Of a stretch of 58,755 bases of DNA, positions 28,349-37,509 are shown piece by piece. This stretch comes from Nanobdellati archaeon. GTDB lineage: Archaea > EX4484-52 > GLR71. Position 1 is the first letter of the stretch; each line of letters opens with the position of its first letter. The notes under the pieces were generated by a model, which searched no databases, had not been told where the DNA came from, and worked only from the letters and a program-made list of their open reading frames with translations. The position numbers were made by a program, and so were the translations under genes. The stretch covers positions 1-58,755 of the forward strand of contig JAHYJO010000007.1 in the NCBI GenBank assembly GCA_019429125.1. Direction: 5' to 3'.

Positions 28349-28885
28349 ATGGCAAATATAGAAGTTGAATCCCGGGCATTTCTTTCTGAAGATGAGTATG
28401 CGCGCCTTATTAATTTTATGGAATCGAATGCAGAACGCGTAAAAGATGACGAACAATCGACATTTTATTTGTCTGGTGAAAATGATGTGCGCCTGCAAAA
28501 AAATAGTTCCGGCGCAAAGATTATACTCAAAGGCGGAAAGATACATGATGATTACAGAGAAGAAATTGAAGTAAAATTTCGGAAAGAAGATTTTGATAAT
28601 ATGGTGTCTATTTTATGTGCTGCAGAATTAGAAATTGAAATTAAGTGGTTTCGGAAGCGAAAAGAGTTTATATGGAAAAATACGAAGGTTTGCATTGACA
28701 GGACTAAAGGATATGGAGATATCATAGAGATTGAGATATTGTGCGGTGAAGATGAGGTGGAAGATGCGCGAAAAAAGATTTCTGAGGTTATGAGCGAGTT
28801 GGAAGTTGCGCAGACACCAAGGTATGTATTTGAGGAAAGATTCAATTATTATAAGAACAATTGGAGACGACTTGTTGGAGATTGA
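28349..28885 (+). CDS. CYTH-domain protein
   Basis: IEVES, REEIEV, RKR and GDIIEIE. Confidence 0.85.
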   Translation: MANIEVESRAFLSEDEYARLINFMESNAERVKDDEQSTFYLSGENDVRLQKNSSGAKIILKGGKIHDDYREEIEVKFRKEDFDNMVSILCAAELEIEIKWFRKRKEFIWKNTKVCIDRTKGYGDIIEIEILCGEDEVEDARKKISEVMSELEVAQTPRYVFEERFNYYKNNWRRLVGD

Positions 28886-29060
28886 AGGATAACTACTCAG
28901 ATATATACATAGATTTATATAGTTTAAATACTATATATTATAGTCTCTATTTTTAGTTGTTTTATTTTAAGAGTATGCGTTGTGCTTTTTCTTTTGTAGA
29001 TAAGTTCACCCTAAACAGGCTTAAATGCGCACAACAACAAAATCCTGGAGAGAGATTGAT

Positions 29061-29204
29061 ATGAATGAAAAACAAATACACTTTATGAAAAATATGGCAA
29101 TGCAAAGTGGTAATGCACGGGAGCTCATGAGGCTTTCAAAGATAATGAGGCTTCACGGGTTTGGTAATATAGAGTCTGATGTGGATAAAATCACATCATT
29201 TTAG
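29061..29204 (+). CDS. Small hypothetical protein, 47 aa
   Basis: SD GGAGAG precedes MNEKQIHFMKNMAMQSGNARELMRLSKIMRLHGFGNIESDVDKITSF*. Confidence 0.5.
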   Translation: MNEKQIHFMKNMAMQSGNARELMRLSKIMRLHGFGNIESDVDKITSF

Positions 29205-29231
29205 TTCTTTTTAATTGGAACTTATATTTAA

Positions 29232-29399
29232 GGCACTGTCCAAAAAGTGAGGGATTTTGAATATTTTTTAAATATTGTTTGTTTATAAACTCCTGCAGAA
29301 ATCCATTCAATATAGACATTTCACGCCGAATTAAAAAAGAAATGAAGGTATTTAATTAACTACATTTTGTTTGAAAACACTCCAAAAATTAACTGTGCC
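29232..29399 (-). mobile_element. MITE family A, complete copy (GGCACWGT termini)
   Basis: Ends are GGCACTGT and ACTGTGCC; homologous in inverse orientation to 1269-1397. Confidence 0.75.
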
Positions 29400-29444
29400 T
29401 ACCTTAATATAGATATATATAGCAGAAAGTCACAAATAAACAAT

Positions 29445-30028
29445 ATGAGAATAAATCTCAATATTGAAAAGAAACATTTTATTGTAATTTCTGTTTTTCT
29501 AGGACTATTGTCCTTTCACTTGCGACAGATATGATAATTGCTGCAGTAGTGCCTGTTGTTGGGGGTGCTTGGCATCTGTTGTCCGGGATATCAGGAGATG
29601 GAGGTGTGACTTCAATCGATAATGGTAGCGGATATATTGGGGCTGATGTTATTGAAGGTGGTGGCTCAAGTGGAAGTCTTCCTACGGGCGCAATAGTCAT
29701 GTGGTCTGGAAGTCTTGCAACAATCCCTTCGGGCTGGACACTCTGTAATGGTGCTGGTGGGACACCTAATCTGACATCAAGGTTTGTTAGAGGAGTGGCT
29801 GACGGTGTTGAACCTGGTGCTACAGGTGGAGAAGATGAACATGTGTTGACTATTGCTGAGATGCCGAGTCATTCACACGGAACAAGCAATAATGCACTAT
29901 CTGGAAGTATCTCTGGACAAGGCGGGTTTAGTTCACAAATTATAGGATATACAGCATCAACAGGAGGTAGTCAACCTCACAACAACATGCCCGCGTATTA
30001 TGAGGTTGCATTCATCTGTAAGACATAA
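29445..30028 (+). pseudogene. Split membrane-anchored protein (EKKHF family) with phage tail-collar domain: 29445-29534 plus 29531-30028
   Basis: MRINLNIEKKHFIVISVFLG[frameshift]IVLSLATDMIIAAVVP..AWHLLSGI... continues into PTGAIVMWSG..IPSGWTLCNG..GTPNLTSRFVRG...LTIAEMPSHSH...PHNNMPAYY..AFICK (tail collar). Confidence 0.75.
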
Positions 30029-30041
30029 GAATTTAATTAGA

Positions 30042-31328
30042 TTAAATTTTTGATGCGAACTCGTTTACGTTTTCTATGACTTTCTTTTCATCAATTGTCT
30101 TTAGGGTTCTGTTTTCCATCAGGATTTTGCCGTTGACAATTGTTGTGTCTACACAGGCGCCAGTTGCGGAATATATAATGTTTGATACAGGATTGTGATT
30201 AGGCACCATTGTCGTGTCGTTTAGGTCTAGAAGGATTATGTCTGCCCGTTTTCCTACTTCAATCGAGCCTATTTTATCTTCAAGGCCTAGGACTTTTGCG
30301 CCACCGATTGTTGCAATGTCTAATACGGTTTGCGCAGATGCTGTTTCAGGGTCGTTATTTGCAAATTTGTGGAGGAGTGCGCACACTTTCATCTCGCCGA
30401 AAAGGTCAAGGGAATTGTTGCTTGCTGAACCGTCTGTGCCAAGACCTGTCGGGATTTTTGCATTTAAAAGTTTCTGAAGTGGCATTGCGCCACCTGTTGC
30501 AAGTTTCATGTTGGATGTCGGATTGTGGGATATTCTTGCGCCTGCGTGTTTTATTAAGGCAATTTCATCTTCTGATAGGTGGCAGGCGTGTGCTAGGATT
30601 ATATTTTTGTCCAGAAAACCAATTGAGTTTAGATATTCTATCGGGCGCATGCCTTTGTCCTTTATCGAGTCTTCTATCTCTTTTTTGGTCTCGGAGACAT
30701 GGATGTGTATCGGAAGATTTTTTTCTTTTGCAAGAAGCTTTGTCTTTTCGAGGAGGTCTCTTGAGCAGGTGTAGGGAGAATGAGGTCCGAGTATTGGTAG
30801 AATTAGACCGTTTTCTTCTGGTGTGAAATTTTTAAGAAATGAATTTGCAGCTTTAAGCTCACTTTCTGTCTTTTCTGGATTGTCAAGATCTATCATGCCA
30901 TAAGCTATAAAACCTCGTATTCCTGTTGATTTTGTGGCTTTGAGCACTGCTTCTGAAGACAAATACATATCATTGAAACAGGTTGTGCCAGTCTTTATCA
31001 TCTCAATTATTGCAAATAATGCGCCATATTTTACTGAGTCATTATCTAACTTTGCTTCGGCAGGCCATATCTTTTCCTGCAACCACCTGTCTAGTGGCAT
31101 GTCGTCACCATAGCCTTTGAAAAGAGACATAGCAAGATGGTTGTGTGTGTTTATTAGTCCAGGCATTGCAAGTTTGTCTTTACAATCTATCATTTTTCCT
31201 GTTGTGGATAGGTTTTTGCCGATTACTGTTATTATTCCGTCTTTGATGAGGATATCTATGTCTTTTAAAATATTTCGTTTATTGTCTTGTGTTAAGACTT
31301 GTGTGCAGTCTTTGAGAAGCAGTTCCAT
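30042..31328 (-). CDS. mtaD: Methylthioadenosine/SAH/5'-deoxyadenosine deaminase (amidohydrolase)
   Basis: PGLINTHNH, GPHSPYTC, HIHVSET, HNPTSNMKL and GTDGSASNN. Confidence 0.87.
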   Translation of the reverse strand: MELLLKDCTQVLTQDNKRNILKDIDILIKDGIITVIGKNLSTTGKMIDCKDKLAMPGLINTHNHLAMSLFKGYGDDMPLDRWLQEKIWPAEAKLDNDSVKYGALFAIIEMIKTGTTCFNDMYLSSEAVLKATKSTGIRGFIAYGMIDLDNPEKTESELKAANSFLKNFTPEENGLILPILGPHSPYTCSRDLLEKTKLLAKEKNLPIHIHVSETKKEIEDSIKDKGMRPIEYLNSIGFLDKNIILAHACHLSEDEIALIKHAGARISHNPTSNMKLATGGAMPLQKLLNAKIPTGLGTDGSASNNSLDLFGEMKVCALLHKFANNDPETASAQTVLDIATIGGAKVLGLEDKIGSIEVGKRADIILLDLNDTTMVPNHNPVSNIIYSATGACVDTTIVNGKILMENRTLKTIDEKKVIENVNEFASKI

Positions 31329-31410
31329 GATTTGATTTTTAGGGGAAAGATTTATTTATGTTTGGGTGTGTCAGGTGACTTGAATTGTTGATTATAAGAG
31401 TTATCTGTTT

Positions 31411-31734
31411 CTAAAATAACACTAACAAGAGCGAGTATGTAGCCTTGAAAAATATCATTACCATTATGAAAAATGGTACTGCTATTGGGTTGCCGTAAAA
31501 TATCATAAATAACAGAAAAAATGAGACAAGATCAACGTAACCCATCCAGTTAAGATAATTACCACAACTTATGCTACCTATGACAGACCATGCGCCTTTT
31601 CCAAACATGACAAGAACCAATAAAAGAAGAATTATGTTTTCCTCAAGCGCAAATCGTGAAGAGAATAATATGAAAAGTCCTGCAAAAAAATCTATCATAC
31701 CTAAAATTTTCCAAAACATAATAACTATATACAA
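31411..31734 (-). CDS. Small multi-pass membrane protein
   Basis: Strongly hydrophobic 107-aa ORF. Confidence 0.65.
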   Translation of the reverse strand: MYIVIMFWKILGMIDFFAGLFILFSSRFALEENIILLLLVLVMFGKGAWSVIGSISCGNYLNWMGYVDLVSFFLLFMIFYGNPIAVPFFIMVMIFFKATYSLLLVLF

Positions 31735-31772
31735 ATCATACTTTTAAAAAAGTAATTGTTCATTTATACCTT

Positions 31773-33038
31773 ATGAACATATTTATCGAGACTTATGGAT
31801 GCTCTGCAAACCAGTCTAATTCTGAGATTATGGGAGGGCTACTGTCTGAGTGTGGGCATCACCTGACACCTGAAGAAGATGCAGATATGATTATCATTAA
31901 CACATGCACAGTCAAGGTGCAGACTGAAAGAAAAATTCTTAGCAGGCTTGAAAGATTAATATACAGCCCAAAAAAGATTCTTGTCACCGGATGCATGAGC
32001 GAAGTGCAGAAAGATCAGATTGAGAAAGCTAACCCATATGCATCAGTTATCGGACTGAATGAGATTGGAAAACTAAAAGATATAATCAAAGACATTGAAA
32101 ATGATGAAAAGGTTGTCCTATTTGACAGTAAAACAATAGATTTTGTAGATATGCCGAAGACACGGATTAACCCTGTGATAAATATAACGCAGATTGCAAC
32201 TGGATGCTTGGGGGATTGTTCATATTGTATTGTAAGGAGTGCTAAAGGCGCACTCAGGTCATTTCCTATGTCAAAGATTGTGGAAGATGTTGAAAAATCC
32301 ATAAAGGATGGTTGCAAGGAAATCTGGTTAACAGCGCAAGATACGGGATGTTACGGGTTTGATACAGGCGCTAAACTTCCGGCATTACTCAGGAAAATCA
32401 CTGCAATTGATGGCGATTTTAGGATACGAATAGGTATGATGAACCCAGACCATGTACGGTCAATACAGGATGACCTTATGCTTGCATTCAATAACAAGAA
32501 GATATACAAGTTTGTGCACCTACCAGTGCAATCTGGTTCTGATGAGGTTCTAAAAAGGATGGATAGGCGCTATACTATCTCTGAGGCTGGCGAAATTATT
32601 GATAAGTTTAGGAAAAATCTTGGTGAATTCACTTTATCAACTGACATCATTGTCGGTTTTCCTGGCGAGACAGAAGATGATTTTCAAAAGTCGCTTGATT
32701 TTGTGAACACATATAAGCCTGACATTGTAAATATATCAAGGTACGGTATAAGACCTATGACGCGCGCTGCAAAGATGGAACAGGTTGAAGGAAACGATGT
32801 CAAGAGACGATCTAAACTTATGACTGATGTGGTTGACGAGGCTTGTGTTTATAGGAATGAGAAATGGGTTGGTTGGAAAGGTAAGGTGCTTCTTTCTGAG
32901 ATGGGTTCAAAAGGTGGTGTTATCGGACGAAACCAGGCATATAAACCTGTTCTTGTTGAAGATGGCAAGCTTGGCAAATTTGTTGAAGTTGAAATTATTG
33001 AGGCACGGATGGGATATTTAGTAGGGAAGTTGATATAA
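31773..33038 (+). CDS. mtaB: tRNA t6A37 methylthiotransferase (archaeal MtaB/CDKAL1-like)
   Basis: ETYGCSAN, NTCTVK, GCLGDCSYC, RIGMMNP, HLPVQSGS and a TRAM domain. Confidence 0.92.
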   Translation: MNIFIETYGCSANQSNSEIMGGLLSECGHHLTPEEDADMIIINTCTVKVQTERKILSRLERLIYSPKKILVTGCMSEVQKDQIEKANPYASVIGLNEIGKLKDIIKDIENDEKVVLFDSKTIDFVDMPKTRINPVINITQIATGCLGDCSYCIVRSAKGALRSFPMSKIVEDVEKSIKDGCKEIWLTAQDTGCYGFDTGAKLPALLRKITAIDGDFRIRIGMMNPDHVRSIQDDLMLAFNNKKIYKFVHLPVQSGSDEVLKRMDRRYTISEAGEIIDKFRKNLGEFTLSTDIIVGFPGETEDDFQKSLDFVNTYKPDIVNISRYGIRPMTRAAKMEQVEGNDVKRRSKLMTDVVDEACVYRNEKWVGWKGKVLLSEMGSKGGVIGRNQAYKPVLVEDGKLGKFVEVEIIEARMGYLVGKLI

Positions 33039-33039
33039 T

Positions 33040-33192
33040 ATGGGAATTGTTAATTTTTTAGTATACTGCAAGACCGAATGCAAAAAAGAGTTTATTAAAT
33101 GGGTTGTAAAGACACCTAAGAAAATAATATTATCTCAGATTGTAATGTTTGTGGCTAGTACACTTATTTGGTATTTCTTGTTCTTTAAATAG
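33040..33192 (+). CDS. Small membrane protein, 50 aa
   Basis: Starts 1 nt after the mtaB stop. MGIVNFLVYCKTECKKEFIKWVVKTPKKIILSQIVMFVASTLIWYFLFFK* has a C-terminal TM helix. Confidence 0.5.
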   Translation: MGIVNFLVYCKTECKKEFIKWVVKTPKKIILSQIVMFVASTLIWYFLFFK

Positions 33193-33204
33193 AACTTTAA
33201 AAGT

Positions 33205-33858
33205 TTATTTTAACGATATACATTTCAATAATTGTCTAGAAAAATGATTAGCAAGAGAGGGTTCGTCTGTTTCGGGTTTGCCATCATAGAATGATGCTGC
33301 GAAGTCATCCGGTCTTAGTTTAAGGAACCTTTCAATCTGATCAGAATTGTAATTAGTTATAAGATTATTAATTGTGCTTGCAGAATCTTTTGAATTAACA
33401 ACATTGTTTTTTGAAATCTTTTTGTAAATAGCTTGAGAAACATTCTTCAAAGGAGTAAAACCTTTCATTTGTTCAGACATATAACTTTGAGTATTAGAGA
33501 TACATTCTTTAGGAGATAACACATAAAACTTAGCAATACTATTGTCTTGCTCAAAAAATGGAGCAGGTATTGTCTCATAATAAGGATTGAGAGTCCATAA
33601 TTCATTGTAAAGAATATCTTTTTCATCTTTGATGTTTCCAGGTGCACTGCGCACAACTATAAGCATATCGTTTTCTTTCAAATAATTCACTAATTCCCTT
33701 ATCTTACTATCAGCAGTACCAATATTGTGAAAGTTACTAAAACGTGCAGTACCACCACTGTTGATTGTTATATTTGAGTCTTTTAACTGCATATACATTT
33801 TATCTGCTCGTTCTTCAACAGACATATCTGAAAGATGAATATTAATATGATTATCCAT
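33205..33858 (-). CDS. Hypothetical protein (orphan)
   Basis: 217-aa ORF; no motif recognised. Confidence 0.6.
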   Translation of the reverse strand: MDNHINIHLSDMSVEERADKMYMQLKDSNITINSGGTARFSNFHNIGTADSKIRELVNYLKENDMLIVVRSAPGNIKDEKDILYNELWTLNPYYETIPAPFFEQDNSIAKFYVLSPKECISNTQSYMSEQMKGFTPLKNVSQAIYKKISKNNVVNSKDSASTINNLITNYNSDQIERFLKLRPDDFAASFYDGKPETDEPSLANHFSRQLLKCISLK

Positions 33859-33905
33859 ACTAGAACCACTTAATAGTAACTTAGGAACGTTTAACTTTAA
33901 ATACC

Positions 33906-34880
33906 TTATATTACTTCAAAAACATAGATCCACTTGCTCATTGATTTGTGAATGTATATCTCGAAGCGGTTTTTTAGTTTTAGAGTCGCTGGTATTTTCA
34001 GGTCAGAAAAGTTGGATGCAACACTCACAAAACCACCGGTTTTTATTAATGATGGCGCATATTCTAAGAATTGTTCGGCAATGTTTCTGACATTATCATC
34101 TTTTGTATTTTTTCCGTATGGAAAATCTGTCACTATAGCATCAAAGTTCTCGCCGAAGATGTTTCTTGTGTCAAAGGCATCGCCTTTTATTATTTTGCTG
34201 TTTGGAATCTTGTAGGATTTTAGATTTGTCTTTGTACCCTCAACCATCACTTCATCCATGTCGATGCCTGCGATTCGGCATCGCATCAATCCTGCCTCAA
34301 TCAATATGCCGCCTGTGCCAACAAATGGATCAAGGACATGGTCGCCTGCTTTTACTTGGGCAAGGTTCACCATGACACGGGCAATCTTGGGGTCAAGAGA
34401 TACTGGTCTGTGGAACGGGCGCAATGAGGCTTTTCGTTTTGAAAATTCTTGTGACTGGAGAAATATCAGTTCGCCCATGAAGCCTTTTTCATCAGTCTTG
34501 TAGATGCGTATCAGGTGTTCTGGATCGTTTAGGTCAATTATTGCACCATTTGTATGAAAAAGGTGGCCTATTTGCCTCTCAAGTAGGGTTCCATTGATAT
34601 CAACGTTTAGATTAGTCTTTATAACTCTCACATTTATAGTGGTATTTATATATGAAGTGAAGTCAAACGATTTAATGTCATCAAGATTAGATAGATATCT
34701 GCTTACCTCTGTGACAAAAGCGCAATCTGAAAAGCTTATTTTTTTATCCGTATTAATCACCAATAGGCGGGGGTAATCGTGTATTATCTCTACTTTAGAT
34801 TTTTGAGTTACCATTACGCTTTTTAGCTCTTCGCGTGCAAGGGACACATTTTCTCCAGAAAGATAAATTATATACATCAT
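33906..34880 (-). CDS. trm11: tRNA (guanine(10)-N2)-methyltransferase, Trm11/TrmG10
   Basis: LSGEN..LA.EE, RPFHRPVSLDPKIAR.MVNL, LDPFVGTGGILIEAG and TDFPYG. Confidence 0.9.
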   Translation of the reverse strand: MMYIIYLSGENVSLAREELKSVMVTQKSKVEIIHDYPRLLVINTDKKISFSDCAFVTEVSRYLSNLDDIKSFDFTSYINTTINVRVIKTNLNVDINGTLLERQIGHLFHTNGAIIDLNDPEHLIRIYKTDEKGFMGELIFLQSQEFSKRKASLRPFHRPVSLDPKIARVMVNLAQVKAGDHVLDPFVGTGGILIEAGLMRCRIAGIDMDEVMVEGTKTNLKSYKIPNSKIIKGDAFDTRNIFGENFDAIVTDFPYGKNTKDDNVRNIAEQFLEYAPSLIKTGGFVSVASNFSDLKIPATLKLKNRFEIYIHKSMSKWIYVFEVI

Positions 34881-35340
34881 ATTAAATCAATGGTTTTTTT
34901 AAATTATATAAATATTATGTGTTTTAATATATAAACTTATAATTTTATGGAGAGTTGTTTGTATGGTAACATATTAGTATAATACGAGGGCTCTATAGAA
35001 AGATATAATTATAGTTATATTAATTTATAATACCATACTTCTATCTCGAGATAATTATATTTAATTATAATACTATATTTATATATATTCATATATACAT
35101 ATATATATATATATCCGGATTTACAGATAACTATACTTTTATAAAATTATAATTTGATATAGATATAATTTTATAGAAATATAATTAAATAATTAGATTA
35201 TAGTACAATATTATTATTATATATCACTATAAAACTATATACTTAAGTCTCCCAAAAATTGGAGGATGAAAAAATAATGCGTGAAATAACCACGGGGGGG
35301 TGTCACCAAGAGATATATAACAAGAAAACAAAATAGATAT

Positions 35341-36012
35341 ATGAAATATTTTTTAATCAGATTGTCAGCATTTATTAGTTTAATTATTATTGTATCGCCT
35401 GCGAGCGCATGGTGGAATGACACACATGGCGCACTTGCTGAAAAGGTGTGCAAGGATTTTAACTGCACATGCACAGATGATATTATAGACTGGTCAAACA
35501 TACCCGATGAGTTATTCAAAGATACCTCAAATCACCATGACTATGACACAAACATTGAGTGCCCAGAAAGCTCGGAGTGGACGTGTCCTGTTAAAAATGA
35601 TTTCAAGGCAAGCAGAAAAATTCAAGAATTTCTTGATTCTGCAAAACAAAAAGAAGGTTGTTCAGCCTGGAAAGATATAGCAATTGCATCACATTATTTC
35701 TTTGACACTAAAGTATTCTGGCACAATGTGCAAGATGAAGACTATTTTGAATGCCACAAGGAGTTTGAACAGCAAGTCAATGACTTAATCTCAGATAAAA
35801 ATATGGATTGGAAGGTGTGTACGTGCGGTATCTGCGTCAGTTATGGAGAATTAGAACCGTGGGTCATCGAATTTGAAGATAAGATAGATTTTATCGATAA
35901 AGTCTATGAAACACCACTCATTGTCGAAAAAGAGAATAATATAACGTTTATTGAAAATATTATAGAACATCTTAAATACATTTTTCATACAATATTAAAA
36001 ATAATATTATAA
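35341..36012 (+). CDS. Secreted zinc-dependent phospholipase C / S1-P1 nuclease-like protein
   Basis: Signal peptide ending ASA-W, then W...TH, PD, HH, SHYFFD, WH and H.EFE Zn-ligand pattern; Cys-rich. Confidence 0.72.
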   Translation: MKYFLIRLSAFISLIIIVSPASAWWNDTHGALAEKVCKDFNCTCTDDIIDWSNIPDELFKDTSNHHDYDTNIECPESSEWTCPVKNDFKASRKIQEFLDSAKQKEGCSAWKDIAIASHYFFDTKVFWHNVQDEDYFECHKEFEQQVNDLISDKNMDWKVCTCGICVSYGELEPWVIEFEDKIDFIDKVYETPLIVEKENNITFIENIIEHLKYIFHTILKIIL

Positions 36013-36309
36013 CTGCTTAAATATGTCTTGTAGTTTCTCATCAATCTCAGCCTTATTAATGTTCATACCCACATTAAGAGACTCTTTTACAAGGCGCAAT
36101 AGATGTATCATATCTGTGAATTTTTTATCAAAAGAGGCCATATTCTGATTCATGTCTTCAAAGCGAGCAATATAACTATCATATTTGTCCTCTTTTGTTT
36201 TTTGAATCTGGTCATGCTCTATATCCAGCTGAAGCTTATGATTCATCAATTCAACTATAACTTTGTTTTTTGATATGAGCAAATGCAGGTCAGACATGAT
36301 TTTACCCAT
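36007..36309 (-). CDS. Hypothetical coiled-coil protein, possibly extending upstream to ATA at about 36360
   Basis: ORF downstream of porB; the frame is open back to a GGTGAT SD. Confidence 0.6.
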   Translation of the reverse strand: MGKIMSDLHLLISKNKVIVELMNHKLQLDIEHDQIQKTKEDKYDSYIARFEDMNQNMASFDKKFTDMIHLLRLVKESLNVGMNINKAEIDEKLQDIFKQL

Positions 36310-36372
36310 ATCTGGGGTTTCGGTTGCATCTGAACTATTGTCTTTTAGGACTACTATTATAAATCACCATAT

Positions 36373-37509
36373 TTAAATATTAAATTCTTTCTTGAATATA
36401 GCATCAATATTTTTTTGGTATTCTTCAATATCTTCGTCAGAAAGGTGTTTGAACCTTTTCTGGGCTTTCATGTATTTTGAGATAGGTATCCCTTTAGGTA
36501 TGCGAGATAATGTTTTCTTGCCGTCCTCAATCTCAAAAAGTGCCCACATCTTGCTTTCTACTGCATCTTTTGCAATCTCTATAGTCTTCATTGAATCAAA
36601 ATACCAGCCGACAGGGCAGGGACTGTGGATATGGATATATTTAGCGCCTTTTATAGACAATGCTTTTTTTATCTTTTTTTCAAGATCTAGAGGGTAGCCG
36701 ATTGATGCTGTCGCAACATAAGGTATGTGATGAGCTGCCGCAATTGTAGGTGCATCTTTTTTCCATTGTTCTTTTCCCTTGCTCGCTATCCCTGCTGGAG
36801 TTGTCGTCGTTGAAGCTAGATGCGGTGTTGATCCCGATCTCTGGATACCTGTGTTCATGTAGGCCTCATTATCGTAACAGATTACTAGAATGTTATGGTT
36901 TCGCTCTAGTGCACCTGAAAATGACCTGAAACCGATGTCCAACATACCACCATCACCACCTATTGCGACAACAGTTACGTCTTCTTTACCTTGTGAATCC
37001 AGAGCTTCTCTCACTCCTGAAGCCACAGATGCTACATTTTCAAAATTTACGTGTATCCATGGCACTTTCCAAGAGGTTAAAGGATATTGGGATGTTGTGA
37101 CTTCAAGACACCCTGTCGCATTACAGATGACTACATTTTCACCCAAAGCTTTGAGTACCTGCCTTGCTGCAATTGATGCACCGCACCCCGCACAGGTCTT
37201 GTGACCGGGAGCCAGAAGATCATCTTTATACCTATCTTTCATAATATTACCTTTTTTTACATCAATTTGATTCTGTATGAGGTCTATAATTTCTTTTTTG
37301 TCTTTTGCTTTGGATATTTGTGACGCAAGAGTCTTTTTTGAGAGGACATTACTTATCCATTTTGAGATATCGCCTCTCTCCATGTAAGGCTTGATTGTTT
37401 TTTCATCAGTTGATTTTAATTTTTTGAGTAAAGATGCGAGTGTGTTGCAGCTTGTGTTGTCTGCAAAATAAAATTCAGTCCCTTGTGCACATGCCATAAC
37501 AAATCCCAC
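36373..37509 (-). CDS. porB: Pyruvate/2-oxoacid:ferredoxin oxidoreductase beta subunit with an extra N-terminal DUF5752-like domain
   Basis: GHKTCAGCG, ATGCLEV, GGDGG, YDNEAYMNTG.QRS and SPCPVGW. Confidence 0.92.
   Translation of the reverse strand: MGFVMACAQGTEFYFADNTSCNTLASLLKKLKSTDEKTIKPYMERGDISKWISNVLSKKTLASQISKAKDKKEIIDLIQNQIDVKKGNIMKDRYKDDLLAPGHKTCAGCGASIAARQVLKALGENVVICNATGCLEVTTSQYPLTSWKVPWIHVNFENVASVASGVREALDSQGKEDVTVVAIGGDGGMLDIGFRSFSGALERNHNILVICYDNEAYMNTGIQRSGSTPHLASTTTTPAGIASKGKEQWKKDAPTIAAAHHIPYVATASIGYPLDLEKKIKKALSIKGAKYIHIHSPCPVGWYFDSMKTIEIAKDAVESKMWALFEIEDGKKTLSRIPKGIPISKYMKAQKRFKHLSDEDIEEYQKNIDAIFKKEFNI

Noticed and set aside
29445-30028. Provirus suggested by the tail-collar domain
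   Set aside because: The gene is flanked by housekeeping genes; there are no capsid, terminase, portal or integrase genes.
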